In this document: piece after piece, positions 37,374-48,699 of the stretch
Numbering within the stretch: position 1 is the first letter of the stretch
Layout: the number at the start of each line of letters is the position of its first letter
Assembly (NCBI RefSeq): GCF_006345805.1
Contig: NC_042997.1
Span: forward strand, 155,930,001-155,994,000
Length of the DNA: 64,000 nucleotides
Direction of reading: 5' to 3'
Source of the DNA: Octopus sinensis
Taxonomy: Eukaryota
Made by a program: the position numbers and the translations under genes
The notes under the pieces: model-generated
What the model was told of the DNA's origin: nothing
What the model saw: the letters and a program-made list of their open reading frames with translations, nothing else
The model's database searches: none

Positions 37374-37408
37374 ATTTCTGATGAAGAGCTCCGCTCGAAA
37401 TGTGAAAT
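37374..37408 (+). ncRNA. Minimal type I hammerhead motif, copy 2
   Basis: Stem I ATTT/AAAT, perfect core CTGATGA (+A), stem II GAGC-TCC-GCTC, GAAA, ATGT, position 17=G. Confidence 0.6.
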
Positions 37409-37523
37409 CCCTTTTTTTTTTTCCTTTCCTGAGCGTCCAATAATACTGTACTTATTCCATGCCCTCGCGTTGTTTTTTCTTGCTTGTTTATGTTTGGATT
37501 GACTATATATATATACATACATA

Positions 37524-38773
37524 CAGGGTGCATAAGATATTTGAGGACAGACTTATGTTTATAAACAAAAAGATATATAATAACAGATAACTTTATTTAT
37601 CAAAAAATGCTATGAGGATAAAAATATACCCTTTTCTATAATGTTATTCAAAAAAGCCACCTTCAGCTTCAACAACTGCTTCTATATGAGATCTAAATCA
37701 TCTCCATGCTCAAATCAAGTGGTCCTGCTTCATTTTGGACATTACTCTGACTATGGCAGCTTTCAAAGAATTTTTGGTGTTATGGGCATGTTCATTGACC
37801 TCTCTCTCAATAACGCTCCACATGTAATAGTCCAATGCATTGAGATCTGGGGAATTAGGAGGTCAAATGTTAGGGGATATGTGATCATGAAAATTTTCAG
37901 CCATCCATACCTCTGTTACTAGAGCCATGTGTGATAGTGCAGTCTTATGGAAATGCATATGGCCTTCCATTGTATATACTGTCTGTCCAGAGCTTAATAA
38001 TTATTTCCAGTATCTCAACGGGGGTAGCAGAGGTAACTCTAAGGCCTTGTGGAAAGAAGTAAGGAGGCATCACATGTCCATTGCTGACAACCCCTAAAAC
38101 CATGACAGTTGCAGGAAATTTTGTATGCATAACACTTGGGACTTCAGAAGGGTCTGCACATAACCATCTGTCATTTCTTCTGTTAACTTTTTGATTTTGG
38201 TTGAAGTTTTTCTTGTTTGAGAAAAACCAAATCAAATCTTCTTCTACTGGATTTTTCAGTTTGTTTAAGAGCCTTTTAGATCTGATGTAGTGATTTTCTT
38301 TTGCTTTTTCTGACAAATTGACCTTTCCTCCTCATATAAGACTTATATCTGATCTCTTCGTGGACAACATTTCTGACTGTTCTTTCTGACACATGGAGAT
38401 CTTTTGCAATTGACCTCATGGACTTTCTGGGATAGTAATCAATGTTCTATTGAACTTGCTGGATAAATTCAGGTGTTCTGATGATTTCAGAGCATTTAGA
38501 ATGCTTTTTATGCTTTGATATTGGTGATACTTTTCTATCTTCAGTGCCTAGCTCCTTACAAACTTTGTAGAAGAAAGATTTGGCAACTTTTAAAAATTGA
38601 GATATTTCTAAATCGCTATGCTCAGTCTTTATTACCACAATAACATCATGTCTCTTCATTTCTTGAGTAAGCTAAGGGTCTGCCATTATGATTTTCTGAA
38701 ACAAAGATTATACAGAGTTAGCAAAAAATGCAGCAATGACCCCAAAAAAGGTATGTCCTCAAATACCTTATGC

Positions 38774-38779
<6 letters not shown>
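37524..38779 (-). mobile_element. Full-length defective Tc1/mariner transposon, maT (DD37D) family
   Basis: TIRs cagggtgcataagatatttgaggaca (24/26 identical) flanked by TA. Broken transposase: HTH N-terminus (38659-38447), FFSNKKNF…RRNDRWL…KFPATVMVLGVVS, and *PPNSPDLNALDY. There are 37 residues between the 2nd and 3rd D once a frameshift is corrected. Confidence 0.9.
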
Positions 38780-38831
<52 letters not shown>

Positions 38832-38870
38832 ATATTATATATATATATCTATATATATATATATATATAT
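38779..38870. repeat. (TA)n microsatellite
   Basis: Interrupted TA run; similar runs at 14520-14570, 21860-21912, 28310-28370 and 28830-28900. Confidence 0.95.
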
Positions 38871-39220
38871 CATCATCGTTTAACGTCCGCTTTCCATGCT
38901 AGCATGGGTTGGACGATTTTGAGTGATGGCTGGCGAACCAGATGGCTGCACCAGGCTCCAATCTTGATCTGGCAAAGTTTCTACAGCTGGATGCCCTTCC
39001 TAACGCCAACCACTCTGAGAGTGTAGTGGGTGCTTTTTACGTGCCACCGGCATGGGGGCCAGTCAGGCGGCACTGGCAACAACCTCACTTGAATCTTTTT
39101 ACACGTGCCAGTGAAGTGACGTTGGTAACGATCACGCTCGAATGGTGCCCTTTTACGTGTCACGGGTGCGGAAGCCAGTTGGCTGCTCTGGCAACGATCA
39201 CGCTCAGATGGTGCTCTTAG
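38870..39220 (-). mobile_element. RTE-type 3' end element with tandem units
   Basis: Starts catcatcgtttaacgtccgctttccatgctagcatgggttggacg; homologous to 27876-28300 and 53650-53833. Confidence 0.85.
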
Positions 39221-41109
39221 TTATCTAAGAATCCAGAAGTCCAATAAAAATAGGTACTTGTATATTTGTCATTAGAGTGGGTATATTAATCAAAGTATAC
39301 AGTATTATAGATCCATTACACCTGGTCTTAGTAATCAGTTTCACACCTACCATCTCTGATGTGAACACTTATTAGATAAGTATCCAGTTAATATCTGGTG
39401 CAAAACCAATTAGAAAGATCAACTATAATGGATCAATAATGCTACATAGTTAAATTTATATATATATATATCTGTTTATTCACTGAAGCAAATAAACTAT
39501 GGAACTCAATACATAATTATAGGGTATTCTTTAATACATCGTAACTAAAAGTGTCATAATTCCAAACTAAACATTTCTGATGATTCAGGTGGCAATCCAA
39601 GCCAGTTTTGCCTTTGAAGTATCTGTTATTTGAATATATCTTTTGAAATATTATATACTGCCCGACAACACACACACACACACACACACACATCATTGAA
39701 TAGTATATTACTGGCTATAACACATTAACTGGTCAGAATGTTAGCGTTAGTTTTGTGTCAGTCATATGTCAAACTAGTAATATACTGCTTGATGATATAA
39801 AGATACAACTGGTCCATTTCTCACACTGAATGTGTTATTTTTCTGACTCATGGACAACTTACTGATAATTTACACACTCCCTTAGCCACAGAATGCATTA
39901 CAAAAGGCCACCACATGGTTTGTATTTTATAGCTACTTCTCCAGCTGTGTACTTGTACACAGTTACAAACAGATTTTCCTTATATTATTTTTGCAGATAT
40001 GGAGTCAAACAGTCTCAGTTACTTAACTATGAACATACAGTAGTTGGCATGAAACTGATGGTGACATTTTGACCAGTTGTATGCTATAGCCCATAATATA
40101 CTGCTTGATTATATAAAAATATAACTGCTCTATTTCTCATACTAAGTTGTGATTTTCTTCTGAATTATGACAACTAACTGTTAACACACACATGTGTTTG
40201 TATGTATGAATAGATGTATCACTGGCATATTTTTAGAATCTACAGATCAGTAGGCCAACTTTTTTACTTCATTGATTAGACTATAAGTTATTGTCCAGCT
40301 ACATAGGTGCTTTTCTCTGATATGAAATACTGATGTTGTAAAGTGTATTAAGATTTGTAAAATGGCATTAGCAGTAAAAAATACGAATAGATTACATCTT
40401 CAATTTCTAACTTGTATACATAGAAACAGTTTTAGTTAAATAATAGCACACAATAAGAAACAAAGTTTTTAATTGCATTGATCAAACTCTCCAACTGATA
40501 CCAATTTACCTTATTTTTTTTTTTTCAGAGAGGAATTAGTTTCCAATACATTTAGCATTTTCAATAGCAATAAACAAGTCTCAAGGATAAACATTTGAGA
40601 AAGTTGCATAATTTTGTCATAAACAAAAACATTTTCTCATCTCTTCTAGTGCAGGTAGAAAAATAGCTAATAACTCAAGATAAAAGAGGCGACAAGTGTA
40701 TAACAATGAATACAGTTTACAAAAATGTTCTCTCTGAAGATTACATCTTTAGTACTACTTAAGTGGACTTTTCACTATCTCAAGAGTCAAATACTTGATA
40801 GAATTTCAAAATTAATTACCTATTTTATATAAACTTACAGCAAAGTTATAGTTAGTAAAATGATCAGGGAATTTTCATGAGTACTGCTAATATTAAATGT
40901 TAGAATCCCAAGATACAATTTTCATACAAAAGTTGAATCAGTTCAAACTAATTCATAATATTTATTTGAAATTTACTATTTGTATCATGTATGAACTATT
41001 TAGTTTTATCTAAACCAAACTGTCAAAAATATACAGGAAATGATAATGTAAATAACTAGCATTAAGTTGGTATTAAGATGTGAAAATTAGATTTGGAAAA
41101 TCACATATA

Positions 41110-41360
41110 GGAATAGCTGTGAAGTTAAAAAGCTCACTTGCAACCACGTGCTTTCAGATTCAGTTCCACTGTGTGGCACCTTGGGCAAGTATCTTGTACT
41201 ACAAACCTGGGCTGCCCAAAGTCTTGTGAGTAAATCTGGTAGCTGGAAACTACATATGTGTCTTTGTTCTCACCACTGCTTGACAACTCTTGTTGATCTG
41301 TTTATGTCCCCATAACTTAGTAGTTCAGCAAAAGAGGTGGACAAAATAAATACCAGACTT
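41110..41360 (+). mobile_element. SINE family A, decayed
   Basis: gaatagctgtgaagttaaaag…gattcagttccactg…ggcaccttgggcaag. Confidence 0.7.
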
Positions 41361-41394
41361 TATGTTTACCTGAGAATATTGATTTCAAATCTTG

Positions 41395-41568
41395 GTACAA
41401 GGCCAGCAATTTCAACCTCAGTGCTCAACTGGCACTTATTTTATCAACTTCAAAAGGATGAAAGACAAAGTCGACTTTGGCAAAATTTGAACTCAGAAGA
41501 TAAAGATGGATAAAATGCCACTAAGCATTTGCCCAGCATGCTAATGATTCTGCCAGCCTGCTGCCTTA
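41395..41568 (-). mobile_element. SINE family C
   Basis: ggatgaaagacaaagtcgactttggcaaaatttgaactcag…ctgccagcctgctgcctt. Confidence 0.75.
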
Positions 41569-44500
41569 TGTTTACATCACTTATATCTGAAGGATTCTGG
41601 AAACTTTAACTAGTTTTGCTTAGATAAAAAAAAAACAAAAGAAGAAATGTCCTGAGTACCAAGACAGAAAGCACACATCCTCAGAGATAATAAGGATGTG
41701 AAGGTAAACTTACTGCTCAGGACAGAAGATCGTTAATAATGAGAAAAGATATAGCGACTAGAACCAATCTGAGATGGAAAAGTATAGTACTTCATACAAC
41801 ACATTGTTTTATTGCTCACTGGTTTTTAACACTTTTTCATGTGCATTTTTGTCACAAGCAATAGCATGATACACACATGTATATGTTTGTGTGTGATATT
41901 TATGTGTACACATATAAATGAACATCACCAAACAAGGAAGGTAGCTTGTTTCTAGTCTTTCATGCAAAAACATGTCTAGCTATGGAAAAACATTACCCTG
42001 CTTGGAAACAGGTGAGGGTTGGCAACAGGAAGGGCATCTGGCCATAGGAAACCTGCCTCAACAACTTTTGTCTGACCCATGCCAGCATGAAAAAGGTTGA
42101 TATTTAATAATGATGCACACATAACAGACTGTCTTGTAAAACACTCAGTTGAATAAATGGAAATTCATTAATATGTATGTTGCAGACATATTCCTTCTTG
42201 TCTGAGGAGCCTATAGATTTCAAAATAGAATTACTGACATCTAAGAGAATTACAGGTTTCAGAAAAACTCAACACAATAGTATTTACCCATTGTGTAAGA
42301 AGGTGTTATTAAAAAATTCCTTATGTTATTTGTTGTTGCAACACAAAAAGAGGCTTCACATTGAAAATCTAAGTAGTTACTTCATGAATAAAGATAGCTT
42401 AGTAATTAAAATGTAAAATTAAAGTAGTAATTGGATACTACAAACAGAATAGTTGGACCAATTTTAGGACTACAAGCACATATAGATGCAGGACTGAAGA
42501 CAAGAACTCTTGGAGCCAATATCATATCATGAATATGGTAATATTTCATGTCATCACTTATGCTAATAAATCTAATAAGCTAATAAATCTAATAAATAAA
42601 ATTGATTTTGAAATGGAAAATGGACAGCTTGTGGAGAAAGATAAACAATAACTCAATGCACAGAGTTTCTTGCTAATTATGTATATAACAAATAAAACAA
42701 TACAAAAAAAAAAGGAAAATGTCAAATAAAAGAAGAAAGATTTGTGAACATAAAAATAAGAAAATCCTTTTATTCAGATTAAATTCATATCAGCATGAAA
42801 ATGTTTAGAAAATATTTAGATATATATAATTCAACCTGGTGCTGTGGTGTGTGTGTGTATGTGTGTGAGTTTGATTCATCATTCTTGTCAGTGAAGCATA
42901 ATTTTTTTTTTCCACAAACTTGATTGACAGAGGGAGGGAAGGAGGAAAGGAGAAAGAAAATGAGAGAGAAAGTGTATGTATGTATGTGATGTAACCCAAA
43001 GTCAGCTCAAATCCGGCAGGCCTATAATCAAAAATGCTCCAGGCATAACCATCCTACATTACTTTTCAAACAGTATATTTGGGACAACTTAACCCAGTAT
43101 GTTGTTTTCTTTTTTCAAGATTGTAGGGTGTGATTTGTGGGAAATTTTGCTATTTCTAACAGTACGAGAGACTATAAAAGCAGTTTTTCTTTCCCATTTT
43201 TTTTGTTGAAAGGCTATATATACAGCAACAATCAGAAATAGCATTTTATTTCAGGATATAAACATCACAACTTTGTATACAAATTCTCACAGGTTTTTTG
43301 CCAAGCCAAAAAGAAAGATGTCACTTTAGTCCACACTTTTAGTTCAACATAAGTACTTTTGAAAATGAAATATGCATATGTAAACTGCAACAAAGAATAA
43401 GCTCCATCACTGACATATTTTACAGATTCAATCTGCTAAACACCATTTGAGATAAGTAAAATGTTCGACTAAAATTCAAAATTAAAAACAAAATTCTAAT
43501 AGATTTAGATATCAAAGTAATTAAATTAACAAAAATGAAAGTAAAGAAAATTAGAAATTCAAAGTAAATCATAGGATTTCTAAACCCACATGAAATACTT
43601 AATATACAAAATTATACAGACATATATATATAATAGGTGTAGGTATGGTTGTGAAGCTTGCTTCCTAACCATCTGGTCTTGGGTTCAGTTTCACCAAACA
43701 GGACCTTAGGCAAGTGTCTTCTATAACCTCAGGCTGACCAAAGCCTGATGAGTGGATTTTGTAGACAGAAACTGAGAGTCAATTATATATATACATATAT
43801 ATATGAGTATGTATATGTGTGTTTGTGTGTACCCCTGTACACATCATGTGATAATTGTAAATGAGCATCACTGTCATACAAGCAAGGCTGTTCATTTCCA
43901 GTCTTCTTCATCATTTTTAAAGTTCACTTTCCATACTTACACAAGTCAGATGAGAGCATATTGGAGCAGTTTTCTACATCCAAATGCTCTGCATGTCATC
44001 AGTACCCCATTTGTTTCCAAGTGAGGTAATAAACTAAGTCTACTGAACAAAACAGCCCAGATATGTTTATAGAGAGAAATGGAAACACATGACACCATAT
44101 AAATGAAAAAGATTGTGCATTATGTCAAAACATATTAGGAAGCCCAGAAATGCTTCTGTGGAGGGGTACAAGCAAATGACAATGTTAATGAAGCCATTGT
44201 CAACGATGGACTTCTTTCATTTTCTGTTTATCAAATCCACTTACAAGTTTTAGGCTGGCCTGGGGCTTATAGTAGAAGACACTTGACCAAGGTGCCATAT
44301 AGCAGGACTGCATCTGAAGCCACATAACTGGGAAGCGAACTTACTAACTAACTAACTAACTATCTGGTTAATAAAAATCACAAAAACTGGCAGAAGGTAA
44401 AGGAAGAAAAATCTATCAAAAACACCAGACAATGTTTTGAACATAATATTGAAAAACTACATTTCTTCCTATTTTGAAAGTAAATGAACATATAAAAAAA

Positions 44501-45959
44501 GAAATTTTAATCAAATTCCATTTTTTGTTAAAAAAAAAAAAAATCTCCAGATAATTTCACACATGACCAAATAAATGAGCTGAATTACATTGGATGAAAC
44601 TTTCCTATTTATGTGTGTGCACATGTGTGAAAAACACAGACATCAAATTTAGCAAATTATTGACATGCATTCTTAGGTTTTCTTAAACTTCAACAAGTTG
44701 TAAATTTACTCAAGATGGAAGTAAACAGAAGAAATATTGCCATCATTTTCGAAAATAAAACCAAAGAAAACCATAACTAGATTCAAATGTCAACAGGATG
44801 TTTAACAAGATTTAGAAGGTCAATTAATCAATCAATAATCAGGAATTGATTTTTTTTTTTAAAGCAGTAAAATGTTTATTGAATACTAATATAAATGATG
44901 AAATAATTGCAAAATGTAGTTGTATTGATTTTGTTAAACTTAAAGACACTTCATTAATATTATTTCATATATAGTTAAACAATTAAAAAAAAAAAAAAAC
45001 CCAAAAGACATTATGAATGAGATATAAGAAATCAGCTTATAATCCAATTGATTTATACTGAGTATAGTCAAGATTATTTCTCTATCAGGCCATAAAATTA
45101 TGTTCCAGTAACAAATTTGAATATTAAAGATTTAGACAGTTGGATATAATAATGTTTTGAAGAACTATAATAAAAACTTCAAAAAAGTATAAATGTTCAA
45201 CGCGTAACATGAAATCTTAAGCTGGCCAATTTAAAATATTCAATGTTAGCCATAAAATATATTTTGTCAACTTAATGAAGGTGCTTCTATGTGGTTGGTT
45301 GTTCAACATGTCAGAAACAGCATTTAAATCACCCTCAAATAACACCCTAATGTCTTCAAAGATATATGGACACATTATTTGATATAGCCTCATATAATCT
45401 TGAAAGCAGCATTAGTTATGGCTGGAATGCATTTCATCACTGAGGTGTACTCAATAATTGTTGACATAGAGCTAAATAACAACTTCTTTGTTGATATCTA
45501 ATATTTTTTTTATTAGTATAGAGATAGGCAAAGTAGCAAGCTAGCAGATTTCCTAGTGCAATTGAACAAAATGCTTAGCAGCATTTCTTCCAACACTTTG
45601 TGTTTAAATCATGCTGAGGTCAACTTTGCCTTTCATCCTTTCACAGTCAATAAGAGATATCAGTTAGTTGGACACTGGAGGTCAACCTAATTGACTTACC
45701 CCATCCTCCAAAGACTCGTTGGTCTTATGCCAGAATTTGAAACCATTATTGTAGAGCAGAGAGAGAAACAAGCAATTGAACACAAGACAAATGAAAACCA
45801 AGAGACCTGTTCTTCAAAGAACAAAAACTTGATCTGTAATAAGAAATCAAAAGGAATGATTAACCAATCAAAGAATTTCATCTAAGCATAGAGCTAGCTA
45901 ACAACATGGCTCAGGCTAAAATATACATTGCAGCCTTATTCCATTTCCACAATATTTAA

Positions 45960-46179
45960 CCCTTTATCATTTAAACTGGCTATATCCAGCCCAAATATTC
46001 TACCTGTTTTATGTTCAAACTGGCCATATTCAGCCTCTCACAACTACCTTGCAATGTCATATTAAAAGTAAATATGCACATCATTGAAATCTCGATGCAA
46101 CAAGATAATGCACAAGTAATTCAAAACAGTGGGAATAAATAAACATCACATTAGACAGAATAATCTGAATGATAAAGGG
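45960..46179. mobile_element. piggyBac-like MITE, copy 2
   Basis: TTAA|CCCTTTATCAT … ATGATAAAGGG|TTAA; internal homology to 621-839. Confidence 0.75.
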
Positions 46180-46599
46180 TTAATATAAATTATGCTTGAA
46201 TCAACTGTATATTTTCCATTTTACCTCTCTGGATATTTACAAATGTTTAAAAACTACTTTTTACATTCCAGCTTAATTATAAAATCTTTTCAGAAAATCC
46301 ACCCAAACAGGATTAAAAATTTATGAAATTATCAAGGTAATATGAAAGCCTTTATTCAGCTGCTTAACTGGTAATCAAACACCTCAACTCATACAGTATC
46401 ATCTTTGAAAAGAAGACACATTGGATTAATTTTGAACATGTGACTGTTTAGCAAGCGACTGGATCTGAGACTGTATTTTGAAACAAATAATTAGTGTGGA
46501 AGAATCATTTTTGAAACCACACAAAAGCAATTAACTTTACTTAAACATTTATTATTCAGTATCAAAATTTTTGTTGCATTATCTTCGACCTGGCTACTG

Positions 46600-47800
46600 A
46601 CACATGTAGTCCTAGATATGGTGTCTGATAAAAAAGAAAAAGACTGGATGGTCACAACTGGAGTGTCATTAATTAGTGTCAGTTTCATCCTATTTTTATT
46701 CAAGGAAATGGTGATTGATATTTCATGGTCATCAGGAATAGCAATCAGGTTTCAGGTTTCTCATGTACAAATGAAGGCAATCTTTTGGAACTTAAGATAT
46801 TAAGTAGAAATGCTATATTACTGGAGCAAAATTTATTACTAAGTGATTGAAATGCAACATATTTCAATGCTAGCATACAAAATGATGTGATACAGTCCTT
46901 ATCAGCCTACATTCTATCAAAAGTAATAGCTGAAACCAAAATGGCAATTATTGATATCAGCAGAACTGCAATATAACTATAAATGGCAATGCAACAGAAT
47001 GATTTATAAAATTCAGCAAATTACCTGGAACAATGCCCAAAAATCTTTTGAAGATATTTCTTTGAACAATCAAAAACTTAGGGTTGTCAATAACTGTGGG
47101 CAACCCAGTCATTCTTTCAATGAAGCAAACACTATGTTGGGTGAAATATGTGATCTTCAAATAAAGGTTAAGGACACTATTTCAAACATATTCTTCAAAC
47201 ACAGTTATGCACATAATTTAAATTTGGTTTTAAGTGATGCAACAAACTTCAATATTCAAACCAAGTTAATTTTTTGAAACTTTAGAAAGTGACTGTACCA
47301 TTTTTTTCTTAATAGTACTAGAAGAGCAATGCAGTTATATCAGATCTGTTGTACTATTTCTCAAGATAATTCTAATACAATATGGGCATCCAGAAAGTCA
47401 GCACTGGGGGAAGTAGTAGTTATTTTACACAAAATTTTCTTAATGAGAAGATACTGCACTCCTAAGCATCTAGCTGAGGCAAAAAATATGCTAGAAACCC
47501 TCAATATTTCAGAATTCTCAGCTGTTCTTATACTCTACAGTGAAGTATTAGATAAAACTTTCAGTATATTCATATATTTATAAGCAAGTCATATAGAGCT
47601 AGTAACAACCTTTCATTTGATAACATTTTGGAAAAACATGCAAAATGAGTAAAAATCTCAATTTAAGTAAATTGAAAATGAAGCAACGGAGTTCACTCCA
47701 AAATTTATATTCTTCTTTTCATGAGTCTTTGAGTGTTATGCTCAACTATGAAACGAAATCAAAAACCTAACTGAAATTTTTTACTTAATGAAACACTATG
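46600..47800 (+). mobile_element. hAT transposase fossil (ZMYM1/P52rIPK-like)
   Basis: NEGNLLEL, IFFKHSYAHNLNLVLSDA (CxAHxLNL motif), NTIWASR (TRWxSR) and EAKNMLETL…F; many stops and frameshifts. Confidence 0.75.
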
Positions 47801-48699
47801 ATGATTATCTATAAATTTAAAGCATTTATAAAGTACAGAATTTCCATGAGTCCTAGTCGTGTGATATTATAGAGACTATAAAAATCCTATAATATATTGT
47901 GCAAGAAAAAGAATATTTGATACCTGAAAGTAATTATAGTTCAATTATTATTTGTCCTAAGATTTGGTTATAGTAATACGGGTAGAAGATTTTAGTAATT
48001 TTAAAAAAATTGTAGTTATTCTAATTTTAAATAGGAATTTAAAATTATTTGGTATGCCTCCTAGAATTTAAATTTAAGAGCTCATTCCACTTAACTTTAG
48101 AATCTGGCTATGACCCAAGCAAGTTGAAATCTTCAGACAACTGTTATAACGCTGTCATAATTCACCAACATTACCCATGGATACAGCATATAACTGATTT
48201 AAGATGGAAACGGCATGCCCATTGCTTATATAGGAATATATAGATAAAAGAACAGAGAAATAAAAAAAAAAGCAATTGTTTTAAAACACTGTAAATATAA
48301 CATTATTCTTAATCACAAAAGATAAATTGTGTTAGAATAATTTTATGGCTCCTCACTTCCTTTTGAGAATCTGCACTTCATATGTGGTGATGTAACTACA
48401 CATTAATTAACTGAAAAGATTAGCATGATTTAGTAGGGTTAGTAGTTTGGGAGGGGTTGGAGATTAGATATTAGTGGCATTAATAGTTGCGAAAAAATTG
48501 ATAATGTTGATTTGTTATAAACAAAACTACATTGCCTGATCACACGATTTAGGCAGTGGCTCGACAAGAGATGGAAAAGCTGGTGATGTTGACCCATTGA
48601 TAACATTATCATGATTAGCTAATGTGTTTGGAGAAGGATATTTAAGAGCTACTTTTTTCAATTGATGTTAACCTAACTTTTTTTTATCTGCATGTTAAT

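Larger units (their letters stand above)
37095..37510 (+). mobile_element. Two tandem Penelope-like pseudo-LTR units, each with a hammerhead motif
   Basis: Direct repeats of about 200 bp (gttggcgatttt…gatgaagagctcc.ctcgaaa…ttcctgagcgtccaataatac…ctcgcgttg…ttggatt.actatata), each ending in (TA)n. Confidence 0.7.
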
